NCBI GenBank assembly: GCA_021432655.1
Contig: MU271352.1
Span: 32,601 to 80,283, forward strand
Direction of reading: 5' to 3'
DNA: 47,683 nt
DNA from: Atractiella rhizophila
Lineage: Eukaryota
A program made the position numbers and the translations under genes. The first letter of the stretch is position 1. Every line of letters starts with the position of its first letter. Of the stretch, positions 22,201 through 34,322 are shown in pieces. The notes below the pieces were generated by a model. It was not told the DNA's origin. It was given only the letters and a program-made list of their open reading frames with translations, and did no database searches.

Positions 22201-25200
22201 TCCTCCATTCTTTCAGCGTCACAATCTTATTTCGCACGGTTGAACGATATTGATGATAGCGGGATCGACGAACATCAATCACTCCAATGGGACCAACAAG
22301 AACATCTTCGACAGCAACTGGCTTCGTGGTGTGAACCGAAAACTAATCGAACACTGACCATTTTGCTTCAAACCAATGACGTTTGGTCATTCTCAATTCT
22401 CGAAAGGCGTAAAGTGTTTGAATTTTGGCAATCTGAGGCCGCAGTAGAGCTGTCAAAGGAGCTGGAAAGACTTCGTCGGCAACAGAAACATGTTGAGACC
22501 GAGATCAGAGAACTTCGTGATATGGAATCCCTGCAAATCCTACGCAAGGCGGAAGTGATAGGCTGTACTACCACCGGTGCAGCAAAAATCTCCACGCTTT
22601 TGAAGAGCGTTGCTCCTCGCGTTCTCATCGTGGAGGAAGCTGGCGAGGTTCTTGAGTCCCAGATCATTGTAAGCATATTCAAGAGCATTCTTGCTTCGAA
22701 CTAATACCTGAACAGGCGAATTTGGTGCCGTCCATCGAGTTTTTGATCCTCATTGGCGATCACAAACAACTTCGTCCACACATTTCCAGCCATCATTTGT
22801 CGCTAGACAGTAAAGGGGGACAACTTTTCAGACTTGACGAGAGTTTATTCGAACGACTGGTTAGGTAAATTCAACATCACTGAAATGCCCTGCTCATGGC
22901 CTTCAGACGAGGTTTATCGCTCTCTGTTCTCGATGTACAACGTAGGATGCGACCTGAAATATCCGAGCTCATCAGGGTATCTTTCCATTATTTCTCAAAG
23001 ACTACTGCTGAGCATAAGAGAGCAGAAACCACTTTACCCAAATCTCGTTGACCATACCAATGTTATGAGATATCCTCAGTATGATCCCCACTACTGATGT
23101 CAATGCTGACAGAAACGTTAGTGTTAAAGGATTGGCCAAGGATATGGTCTTTTTCAATCATTCCCACCGGGAAGATCAGGAGGACATGGTTTCTTCGAGC
23201 AAGACTAATCAGTGGGAGGTTAGCACGATTTATATGCTGGTTGACATTTTCATCTAACAATCCTAGGTGGAAATGATCGGCGAGCTCGTCCTACATCTAA
23301 TTCGTCAAGGGTACAATCGACCGGGTGATATAGCTGTCCTCACTGGTTACCTGGGTCAGGTATGTTTCCAGATTTTCATTGGTTGGAAGTGAAATAATCG
23401 GCACATTTGTAGCTGTTTAAATTGAAGAAACACCTTGGCAAATTGGCTTTGACCGTAGTTCTCGACGATAGAGACAAGGCAGATCTGATAGCAGCCCTTG
23501 GGGAAGAAATGGCGGTGGAACTGGAGCAGCCTGCAGAGACTATCGTGAAGAGAACTACGGCAGCTGCTGAAGTGAGATTATACAGCATGAGCAGGACATT
23601 ACTCAACCTTCTTGCAGGTAATTTGTAGAACTATTGACAACTTCCAGGGCGAAGAAGCAAAAATCATCATCCTTTCACTGGTGCGCAATTCGGGAATGTC
23701 GACAGATTCTGAGGACGACAATACCCCAATAAGCGGAACGATAGGGTTTTTGAAGGTTTGTGCTTGCCACACTTGTAAAGGAGTTTGCGCTGATGATGAT
23801 GTCGGCTCAGTCGCCCAATAGAACGAATGTCGCACTGTCGCGAGCCAAACACGGTTTGTATGTTTTAGGAAACGCATCCCTCCTACGACAGCGGAGCCCG
23901 ATCTGGCGAGAAGTACTTCAGGTCATGGCTTCCACGAACTCCATCCTGCCCGGACTGCCAATCCGGTGTGAGAATCATCCAGACGATATAGTGGAACTGG
24001 TGAATGAGGTTGGAGTCTTGCCATTGCTCGCGCCTGACGGCGGTTGTCAAAGACTTTGCAGCGCTCGACTCAAATGTGGTCACACTTGTAAATTGAGGTC
24101 AGAATGTTTCCTCAGCTCCATAATGGCATCTTATTCCTCTTACCTTAGATGCCATCCAGACGACCCTAACGTATGTCCGCTCCATTCATTAAGTCATGGC
24201 GGTGACCCAAGCTTCAGCATGTTGCTTTTCGATGTCCTGAGCCCTGTCCCCGATTGCTGGCGCCATGCTCGCATCCATGCCCCAAGTTCTGTTACGAGAC
24301 GTGCGGTAACTGCGGCTTTCCGGTTCTCAACATCCAGCTTCCTTGTGGTCATACCCAAAAAGACGGAACATGTTATCAGCAACAGCACCCGGAAACAGTT
24401 CGATGTCAAGCTCTTGTTCGAAAGGTTCTCCGATGCGGTCACGCATCATTAATACCCTGCTCTCAGAATATTGAAGAGGTTATCTGCAATCAACCATGCG
24501 GTGGAGCGCTGGACTGTCGACATGAGATGTGCCAAGCGAGATGCTGCGATTGTCCGAGACTGAACACAGGGTCTCACAGCCCTCACAAATGCGAACGGCC
24601 CTTACAATGCAAACATGTCTGCCAGTCAACCGCCTGCTGTTTAGCAGCTCAAACGAACTGCCCGCCTTGCTTGTCCGCTTGTTCGAAGAAATGTCAACAT
24701 TTCAACTGTTCTGAAGGCAGGGAGTGAGTATTTTCTTCACATTTACTCTTCTCTAATATTTCGCACAGTGCGCACAAATGCGGGTAAGCGATGGATATCC
24801 AATACTACAATATCAACTCTCATCCGCTGCTCGTTAGGGATCCATGCAAACCGTGCTTGGAGCCCTGCATTTGGGAGTGTAGACACCGCGGAAGCTGCCT
24901 TGTACCCTGTGGCCAGGTTAGCTACTTATTCTTTGTCTCGCGCACAGACTTAAATAACCTTTTACTAAGCCCTGTTCACGCTTGCCATGCGACGAGCCAT
25001 GCCCTAATTCATTGCCCTGCCGCTGTCCGTGTCCCTCCTTTTGTGGAGAGCGGTGTGACTTGCAGAAATGCCCTCTTCATGCAACTGATCAAGAAAAGGA
25101 TCAAGTAGTCGACTTGATAGAGATGAGGACGCTTCGAGATATTATCGAGGAAGTTTTGTCAGGAGAACAGCGCCTTCTTGCTCTGGATTGCGGTCATGTC

Positions 25201-26835
25201 TTCAGTGCAGAGACTCTCGATGGTAAGAGAGCCTTAGCGAATTTCGTTCCTAAAGTATGCAACATAGGCTTGTACGAGATCCAAAAATTCTACAAGGTGG
25301 ATTCTCGGGGGCAGTTTGTTGGCCTAGACCATCCCTCGTTCTCAGAGATGGTACCCCTCTCCTGCCCTCACTGTCGAACTATTATCACCCATAAAAACGT
25401 GTATCGATACGGCAGAATTATCAAGAGAATCGAGCTGGAAGTTCAAGAGCGCAATCAGATGCAGCGGATGAGCACCCGAATAGAGCTCAAAAAACGAGAG
25501 CTTGCAATTATGGACTACGAAGAGAACAAGAAATCGCTGGAGGCAGCTCTTGGCAAATCCGACGCTCAGGTCCTTGCAGAAGTTGTCAACGAGCGTGATT
25601 TCGAACCGCAACTAACGCAAAGATTGAGCGCCATTGTCAACGACGATTCTACCTTTGTTCCTCCTCTAGCCAATTTTAAGGATCTTCGGGTATATGGTTT
25701 CTCTCCCCCTGTTTCCAAGCTTTGGGCTACCACTCTGCAGCCCATTTTTGGACTTTACAAACAGATATTCGACCTGACGGAACAAAAATCGCAACACACC
25801 ATTGCGTACGAGAGCGCTTTCGCTCATCTCTACCGGAATGAGAAGGTTTTGTTCGAAGATGGTGCTGTTCGTGTGCGGGATGCTCACCGTTCTGCGATGG
25901 AAGCCGCAACCACAAAAATCGGCTGCCCAAAACCGCAAGCTGACACAATATCCACGATAAAGCTGATTTGGCTGTCTCTGCAGTCACGATACCAGATTCT
26001 TGCCGCGTCCCAAGCTCTGGCTACGCACGTTTCAAGGGTCGCTTCTCTTCCTGGACAATCTGCAGCCGAAGTCGTAGCAGCTATCAAGTCGAAGGAGAAA
26101 CAATTGTGTCTGCTCGATAAATTAAAAAATTTTATTCTTGAAACCTGCCTTCGAGATGCGAAACGGGCACTGAGGCTAGCGTACGAATCGACTTCCTTGA
26201 AACTGGCCATCCAAGGTCACTTCCATGTCTTTTCGTCCTCTTTTCGGCTTAACCGACTGTCTGTCGAGCGCAAGCTCGATCAAATGTCGACAGAAGGACA
26301 GAGGCCATCTGATATAGCCGATGAAGCGGAGCGGAAAATGAACTGTGAATATCACCTTCATCTCTCCGCTTTACATGACAAAATATTCTCCTCCTTCACG
26401 GATCAGATCAAGGAAGCTCGAGAACAGCTCCAAAAAGTGCTGTCTTTATGGAAGAAAATGATAGATACAACAAGAAAAGGCGTCTTTTACGACCAAGTCT
26501 CAGACGAAGAGACCATATCTATCCTCAAAGCTCTCAAACATGACATTGGTTCGACAAATGGTCATTTCTTTCGGTGCCCCGAAGGCCATCCATTTACGAT
26601 AGGCGAATGTGGAGGGGCCATGCAGGTTCGTCAACTTTAATCGGTTTTGCTGGCGCTACCCGTTAACTAACTTGTTCTAATGTTGCCTCAGGTCTCGAAC
26701 TGTCCTCAATGTGGAAGCGTTATAGGCGGTAGCAATCATCAACTCGCAGAAGGTAACTCCAGGGATAGAAGAATGGAGGAGCTCTCGCTCCAAGCAGGAT
26801 ATGGAGTTCAAATGCAACACTGGGGTGAACCGTAG
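19252..26835 (+). CDS. ZNFX1-like protein: two CCCH fingers, UPF1-like SF1 helicase, NF-X1-type zinc fingers, RING-like segment, C-terminal RZ finger; multi-exon
   Basis: GGRHDNDHSDFRNVSVIPT; Walker A EG|PPGTGKS (intron 21569-21620); Walker B VEEAGE; IGDHKQLRP; QRRMRPEIS; TIDNFQGEEA; NRTNVALSRAKHGLY; Cys/His repeats at 24040-25080; CGHVFSAETLDG...CPHCR; CPEGHPFTIGECGGAMQ|VSNCPQCGSVIGGSNH; TAG at 26833-26835. Confidence 0.93.
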
Positions 26836-27628
26836 ATGATCGATGAGCACTGAAAGCACGAACATGCCGAAGTTGCAAATATTGAACGCAAGATCGACGG
26901 AAATCATGAAATAGGTTGAACGAAATAAAATGCAATTCACAAGTCCTCACGAGCTCGCCATATGATAAGAGCATTCTTGCCCTGTTTGCCAGCTTTGCCT
27001 TTGTAGAGTTAGTGCTGCCAGCCACACGCGAAAATCTTCGCCTAGCCGAGCCGTCGCATTGTTGAACGACACGCGCTAAGCAGTCACACAAAGTCATCAG
27101 TTACCGGAAGGAAAGAGCCTTAAAGAGGCTGTGAACAACTTGGGACGGTGGGGCAAGTTTCAACTTCCTGGAAAAAACAACCCTGAAAACCCCCGCCTAA
27201 GGAAGTAATCCTGGTGGAAAAGAAGGAAAAAGACAAGCCGGCCCGCCGGAATTTGCCTGGTGCCGGGGGTCCGAAGCCGAAACAAAAAAGGGAAAACTCA
27301 ACCCAAAACCAAGGGTAAAAACACCAGAGAGAAAAATCTCCTCCTCTCCCCCAGAACAAAATATATGAGAGCGCGCTCATTCTTAGGCACTCGCGGGAGC
27401 GGACCAGGAATGAGGATCTTAGATATAATATGTCAACTAAGGTTCGTTGACTTTGTGTCATTATTATATGGTTCATGCATGTCCAGTCCATATTGAAACT
27501 GATGGCAGCTGGTCTATGCTATAATACAGGCTTCACCTGAAATCTGAAGGATGCAAATGTAAACAGAGCCATAAAGCATGCTCATTCTCTTCTTCTAGGT
27601 CTAGCCAAATCGGTATTTTTCTGCCTTC

Positions 27629-28486
27629 ATGGCGTCTTCCTCCGAGTCCCAATATGCATACAAGTCCAGCAACTTCCCTCTCTTCTACGATCTCTGGACC
27701 GATAACCTTTTCGGAAACGGACCATCTGAAGATTCGCCAATCTACAACAAACTTATTCTATCTTCTATCGCTTCGAAATCAGGACCGATTGTCGCCGTAG
27801 ATCTCGCTACAGGCACTGGGCGCGTGGTGAAACAGCAAACTGCATTGTTATCCACAGAAGACAGAGAAAAGCTGCTGTGGAAGGCTATCGACCACTCGGC
27901 ATCCATGGTGGAACGTGCTGAGAGCACTTTCAATCGGCTCCCCTCCTCTGAAATCGAAGGGACCAAGGTAGATTGGATTGTCTGCGAGGCCGAGGGTTTG
28001 GAGAATGTTGTCTCTGAAGCAGATTATCTCTTCTTCTCAGCTGGATCTATCGCACATATCGTCACTTCTGAGGAGGTGTTAATGAGTCTTCGAGCGATAG
28101 GAAAGGTGTTAAGTAAGGGGGGGAGGGCCATTATATCGACCTTGAAATTGGAGGAGGACGGAGCCGCAGCTTCTGATGGGGAGGCAGATTTTGGGCGGGC
28201 GATGGAGCTTCTGATACCAGATGGAGAATACGCTGATGGAAAGAAGCGCAAGTTCAAGAAGTCGAAAACGAATACGGATAGAAGCGAGGGTGGAGTGCTC
28301 AAGGAGAACTTCGAGATTGAGATGTGGGAGGAAGATAAGAAGGCTTGGAGCGAGAAAGTGAATTGGACGTTGAGGGAATGGTCGGAGGGTGAACTTGCAA
28401 AGTTGGTTGAGCAGGCTGGATTAGATCTGGTAGAGAAAAGAGAGGGAGGGATTCAGTGGTTCTGGATTCTGAGGCGAAAAGATTAA
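27629..28486 (+). CDS. Class I SAM-dependent methyltransferase, 285 aa, intronless, substrate unknown
   Basis: Motif I VDLATGTGRV, acidic post-I AIDHSASMVERA, and VLSKGGRAII. Confidence 0.9.
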   Translation: MASSSESQYAYKSSNFPLFYDLWTDNLFGNGPSEDSPIYNKLILSSIASKSGPIVAVDLATGTGRVVKQQTALLSTEDREKLLWKAIDHSASMVERAESTFNRLPSSEIEGTKVDWIVCEAEGLENVVSEADYLFFSAGSIAHIVTSEEVLMSLRAIGKVLSKGGRAIISTLKLEEDGAAASDGEADFGRAMELLIPDGEYADGKKRKFKKSKTNTDRSEGGVLKENFEIEMWEEDKKAWSEKVNWTLREWSEGELAKLVEQAGLDLVEKREGGIQWFWILRRKD

Positions 28487-28555
28487 TCCAATGCACTGAC
28501 TAGTTTAATGCAAAAACGAAGTATTTAATCGTAAAGAGTGGTTCAGCCGCACTCT

Positions 28556-29857
28556 TTAAATTATCCAACCGCCATCACCGTAAGCATCTAGTCTCCATCC
28601 GTCCAATTCAGAGCTACAATCCGGCAAGATTATTGTCGCGTGCGAACCATACTTTGCAATGCGTTGCCTAACAACATCGACTAAAGCCTCCTCTGCAGAG
28701 AGAGAATCGAACTCAAGCCTAATGACACGCGTCGGTATCGCGCGAAGGAGTCTCTCTCTTGGGTCGGATTGTGGGTAAGGCTCAGCAGCAGGAGGCGGCG
28801 ACCTTCGCATAGAAGGATAAGCAGATTGGGTACCGCTGTTAGTGAAGAGACAATCTAAGTTGCGAAGAACGAGCTTTTCGAGAACCGTTATCCGGGGTAG
28901 GACGGCTGCAAGCCAGTCCATAACCAAATAGTCACCCTTCTCGACGTCTAGCATGAAGCCATGCAACCCTCCATGTTTATTGAAGATGTCGAGACATTGC
29001 GTCAAGGAGTCGCAATGCTCTGTCTGGAGTTCCCCGAGCGGTATGAGCGATATTTCTTGCAGTCTGGCAGGTACCGACCCAGGTTCTACCAAGGAAGCGA
29101 GATAGGCGAGCGTGTCCACCAGCAATGAGGGATGGGCAGAAATGGCGAGTCGTTGGACGTTTCTAAACGGGGTTGGTTCCACATCGACCCGTGCGGGTCG
29201 ACTTGAAGGCGAGAACAGCTTTGTTCCACATTCTAGACTCTTCATCCTCAACACCAACTCCTCCATCCCATCGATCTGAGGCAACAAAGCAGCGATTCTC
29301 TTCTCGTCCTCGGTGGAGAAAAAGGAGTAAGTCATAGACGGGTAGTGCAACGGAAACCAAATTTCGAGCGTGAAGTTTGTTGTGTTCCTCTGAGGACGAT
29401 CACGGAAGGAAGAGAGGATATGGACGAGGTCGAATGCTTCAGGCTGCGCATCGTATGCGTAAAGAATCCAGTGCCTGACGCCAGTTGCGGACGCGAATAA
29501 TCGCTCGAAAACTAAGGAGTAGTCCTCCTTCCTTCCAGTTCGAAACCCCACCTCGACTTTCCTCAGCCAGTCCACTTTCTTTCCCATGCCTTCAATCAAG
29601 TTCAACCTTTGCGGCTGGCTGATGATAAAGGTTGTGGTGGTAAATAGAAGCTCTTGAGCGATGACAGACCAAAAGCGACACACTAAGGAGCAGGAGAGGA
29701 GATTATCCCGGAAGGCTCGTTGGGAAGTGAGGACGCGGGAATAGAGTCCCGTGAGGCGGTCGCGTGAGCGGTGGTCTTCGCCATAGCGAGTGATGGCTGG
29801 AGCGGGAAGGAAGAAGGTGAAAATACGACGCAAAAGTTCAGGTGGGAGAAAATCCAT
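28556..29857 (-). CDS. F-box-like protein, 433 aa, intronless (paralogue 2)
   Basis: MDFLPPELLRRIFTFFLP...LLSCSLVCRFWSVIAQELLF. Shares EDHRSRDRLTGLY, FTLEIWFPxHYPSM, EELVLRM and LEKLVxRNLDCLF with 16479..17804. Confidence 0.87.
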   Translation of the reverse strand: MDFLPPELLRRIFTFFLPAPAITRYGEDHRSRDRLTGLYSRVLTSQRAFRDNLLSCSLVCRFWSVIAQELLFTTTTFIISQPQRLNLIEGMGKKVDWLRKVEVGFRTGRKEDYSLVFERLFASATGVRHWILYAYDAQPEAFDLVHILSSFRDRPQRNTTNFTLEIWFPLHYPSMTYSFFSTEDEKRIAALLPQIDGMEELVLRMKSLECGTKLFSPSSRPARVDVEPTPFRNVQRLAISAHPSLLVDTLAYLASLVEPGSVPARLQEISLIPLGELQTEHCDSLTQCLDIFNKHGGLHGFMLDVEKGDYLVMDWLAAVLPRITVLEKLVLRNLDCLFTNSGTQSAYPSMRRSPPPAAEPYPQSDPRERLLRAIPTRVIRLEFDSLSAEEALVDVVRQRIAKYGSHATIILPDCSSELDGWRLDAYGDGGWII

Positions 29858-31435
29858 ATTTCAAGCTTAAAACAAGGAATCAATAACAATTAGACAATAC
29901 CGAGTTCACACCTACCTGTCATCACTTAAGTAGGGGAATAAACAACGTTATCAGTGAGAGGACTGATTTTTAAACCCAATGCTACTTTATGACAACGAAT
30001 GCAGACCCGGCGTCGGTGCTGTGTGAAGGAGAAGACCATCATGTTCCGTCATGTCCTCCGACCGTGGCATGTTTCCCGGTACCAGTGCAAGTCTTCAGGA
30101 GTCGGCACTTCCTTTTCGTGTTCCTTGGTATTCAGGCCTCGGTGTAAGTCACCGACTATCGTTTGGTTGATTACCAAGGTGACATAATCGCCATGGTGGC
30201 AGATGGAGGTTAGAAATAAGGGTCTCCTCTTTAGGTGGAGGGGACGCACTGAAATCAGGATAGAGGAACGAAAGGATTGAATCTGAAGATAAAGTACGAT
30301 GGGCACTCAGGCTGAAATTTCACCTGGTGAACATGATCGATGCATATTCCTACGGGCTCTAGATCAATGTACTTGTGATGTGAGCAGATCATCAAGCATG
30401 GTGAATGGGGGCAACATGGGTTACCCCAAACTTGTTCATAAGCAATCGTTCATTATTTGTCGCGTTACTGAAGAGCTAACGTCCTCGTGTTGACGACGGA
30501 TATCATCTTACAACAAAAGCCACCCAAACGCCAAAGAGTGCACAACCCATTGAACTGAAAGTTGATGGAAGTAAGACCAGGACGGCGTTTCATTGTCCAA
30601 AAGGCTTACGGGTTGACACCTTTCAATACCAACGTGCCATCCTTGCAATTCGCAACTTCGCCAACTTCTGTTGGTGCTCACTCAACGCTTCCAAGTCTCT
30701 CTTCATTTATTGTCTTTGGTGTAAAGATACAAGCAGACTCCGAGACACAAAGATCGCTCAAGGGTGTCCAGAGATCAAGGCTCCGACCGGAGGCCCACAT
30801 TTTGGTGGGCTGGGGAGCTTCCACGAATCAAGCAATCAAGCGACCAACTTGAACCAACAACCAGGGTCCCTCGCAAGCGGCTGAGCTCTGGCGATTAGGC
30901 AGTTTATAGGAGGAACTCAGCCGATAGTTTAGGCGGCTACGCTAGTTAGGAGGAGAGATTTGAAGTCAACTGGACAACAGGCAATTTGCTGGTCACTATT
31001 TGTTTGCGGCGTCCTGCAACTAAAGGTGAGCTCTATATCTTTGAAAACTGGGAGTTCGTTCTGTAAACAATCACTACATTTTGTCTCTTTATCGCCCTTC
31101 TGCCTTGGATACCTGTGGAGCTCTCAGATAGAAGTGAGCAGCCCAGCTCCACGCGCCCAATCCCAACACACTGCTATTGTTCTCAAACCAAGCGAATGAT
31201 AAGACATGCACGCGAACGAGTAGTCTCGCTCTTTGAGCCATGCGCTTCCGTGCAGACAGAAACTTTTCAGCCTTTCTACATGAATCCGAAAAGCCGTGAT
31301 ATTGACCATGATTAATATATTTCTCATCTACTCTTTCCCTGATACATGTGGAAGTGAGAGGATAAGCAGTTTGTGGCAAGCTCATTAACTGACAAACTTA
31401 TGCTGCCTTAAAGTGTCATATTACAGTCATTCAAC

Positions 31436-33937
31436 ATGTCCGTCCCCCTTCGCCCCATCCGGACCTCCTCATCCTCTGGCGCGGCATACTCGTCTCTCCC
31501 TTCCACTTCAACCTCCTCCCTCCCCCTCCACCATTCTCAAGGACATGCGAGACGGCGCTCTATCGAACAACAACAAGATCAACTGACTGAAATCATCATG
31601 GGTACTGGCGGGAACGAAGGGGAGGATGGAGAGGACGACGAGTTTGAAGACATATTATTGGATGGAGACGACGATGACTGGTTAGGCCGGATGCGCAAAC
31701 GGCTCTTCCCTCCCCTCTCTCCTAGAAGAGCATCAGGCTGGAAATCAATGCGGGTTGGAGAAGCGGAGGGTGAGGGGAGGTGGATGAAAGCTTGGAAGAA
31801 GGTCTGGACGGCGCTTGGCGCGTTTTTCGAGAAACATTGGTGGAAATTCGTACCTCTCTTCCTCCTTGCAGTCATCGCTTTCCCTTTCATACTCTCCGAT
31901 CCTCAACCTTCAAAAACGGCTTCAAATTCAGAAGACGCCAACTCAGAAGCCGATAACCCACCATCGAAAGTCGTCTTCAACCCAGAATCGTACCTTGATA
32001 CACCACTACATGAAGATCTTCAACGGCCATGGGACTTTGGAAAGGATTTAATACGCGGTGTGAACCTCGGAGGATGGCTGGTTCTTGAGCCTTTCATCTC
32101 CCCCGGACTGTTCGATCCAACGATTGCAGACGAATGGGTGCTATCCACAAAGCTAAGGAAAGAGGGGAAACTATCGTACGACTTTCATTTTCCAGGTTGA
32201 TTACAGCGTTGACGAGATGAGGAAGGACGATTTCGAACCATTATGCAACTTTCATAACCAGGGACGATTTCGTGCAAATCAAAGAGGCAGGTCTCAATTG
32301 GGTACGTATACCGATCCCATATTGGGCGTTGGGGGATATTTGGGATGTGGAAGAGGAGCCTTATTTGGTAGGAGAGAGTTGGGAGTATTTCCTGCGCGCT
32401 GTAGGGTGGGCAAGGGAGTTGTGCGTCCGTCCAAGCTCGTGGGACAACAGACTCTGATGATACCGGCGCTGTACAGGGGACTTCGAATATGTCTCGACCT
32501 CCACTCGGTACCTGGGAGTGCAAATGGCTGGAACCACGGAGGCCGTGTTAGTTCCCCTGTTATTAAGGACGAAGGGAGGTTAATCAAGGGTGAAGAAAGA
32601 CAGGCTCCATCAACTTCCTCCACGGCCAAATGGGTGTCGTTAACGCCCAACGAACGCTCAATTACATCCGTGCACTTGTCGAATGGGCTTCTAGGGATGG
32701 GAACAAAGAGGTTGTCCCTATGGTGGAGCTTGTTAATGAGATCTTCAAGAATATAGTGGGAGATGAGGAGGTGCGGCACTTGTACGTCCCGTCCCTCTTT
32801 CGCTCTAAGATGTAATGAACCCAACACTGACGCTTTGATGTTGAAGCTATACGGAGGCGTACAGACTCGTTCGGCAGATCACAGGTGTGGGAGGAGGGCC
32901 AGTAGTTGCAATGCACGACGGATTCAGAAGCGGACAAAAACAATGGAAGCGTTTCCTGGAAGGAAATGATCGTGCGTTCTCCCTCCCCGCCCTGCAACAA
33001 CCTAATCATCTGACTGTGTCCCAGGCATTGCATTAGACAGTCACTCCTACCTGACCTTTGGAAAAGCGCCAGTGAACGACTCCCTTGACATCCAGGCTTC
33101 AAGAGCTTGCGAAAAGTATGGAGTCGCTTACAATGATTCGATGAGGGATTTCGGGTTTTCGTTCTGTGGCGAGTGGAGTCTTGCGGTCAATGACTGTGGG
33201 ATGGTACCTTCTTGCCCAATTTCATCAACCTTGCGCTAATCCTACAGAGATAGTACCTGAATGGCGTCACTCAGGGTGCACGGTATGAAGGCAGTTATGC
33301 CTATGGCAATGAAGAGTCATACGATCCTATAGGGAGCTGTAAAGAGTGGAACGAATATTGGAACTGGTCTCCTGAGCGGAGACAAGGCTTGAAACAGGTA
33401 GCACAAGCGTTCATGTCGAGCACCAGGGTGCGCTGTTCTTTGGCTCCTCTTGCAGTAGCTGAAAGTCGGTGGGAACAGAACTTCTTCTTCTGGACTTGGA
33501 AAATAGGTCCAAAGAAGGATAGCGAGCATCCCCCGAATCCATTCTGGTCGTATTCTCTGGGTCTCGAATACGACTACGTGCCCACGTTCACAACGCCACA
33601 ATCGATAGAAGAGACGAATCATTTCTGCGACAGCAAGTTCCCAGGATCCACACGGTCATATTGGGATGGCGTTATGCGAATTGGGGATGGGACAGTAGAT
33701 CCAAAACAACTGAACCAATACGGCCAATGGCCTCCAGCAGCGCTCGCTGGTTTGCGGACAGACCATCTACCCACTTTGGTCAAAGGAGGAAAACCTCTTA
33801 TTCTGAGACCATTAAGAGATGTTCAGGATGATGGCGAGTGGTACGAACGTAAAGCGGGATGCGAGGCAAGCTATAAAGGTATTTGGGCAGGTGTGATGGA
33901 GGAAGTGGACGGGGATTGGTGTAGGAAGAATTTGTAG
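31436..33937 (+). CDS. Glycoside hydrolase family 5 exo-beta-1,3-glucanase-like protein with N-terminal membrane anchor; multi-exon
   Basis: TM segment [65 protein letters not shown]; acid/base ELVNE; MHDGF; nucleophile [17 protein letters not shown]. Confidence 0.93.
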
Positions 33938-34322
33938 TCGTCTAGAATAATATTTCGCCTGTGAAAAGCATTACATTTCCCGACACAATAGTTTTCGAGC
34001 TCAGATGTGTCCCTCAACAATCCAAGGTGAAAAATTTGACATGTACTGTTGATTTCACAGAGATACGTTATATCACAGTAAATGCAGCAAAAGTGGACAT
34101 GGAAGGCGGATTTCTCGTTGCCGTCAGGTAACATGCCACGAGCCATCGTATGGGCATGCGGATTTTTTTCTTACTTACTCAATAAAACTTCAGTAGAAGT
34201 TTCATGGTCTCCTGAAATAGCTCGCTATTCTACCCTATAGTAAACTCTAACCAAATGGTGATACCAAACGCCTTCCATAAACAACCCTGTACCCATCAAG
34301 CCCATCTAGATGCATGAGAAGT

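Noticed and set aside
29900..31400. Several 60-98 aa ORFs between F-box paralogue 2 and the GH5 gene
   Set aside because: No motifs, on both strands with no dominant frame; consistent with a divergent intergenic region.
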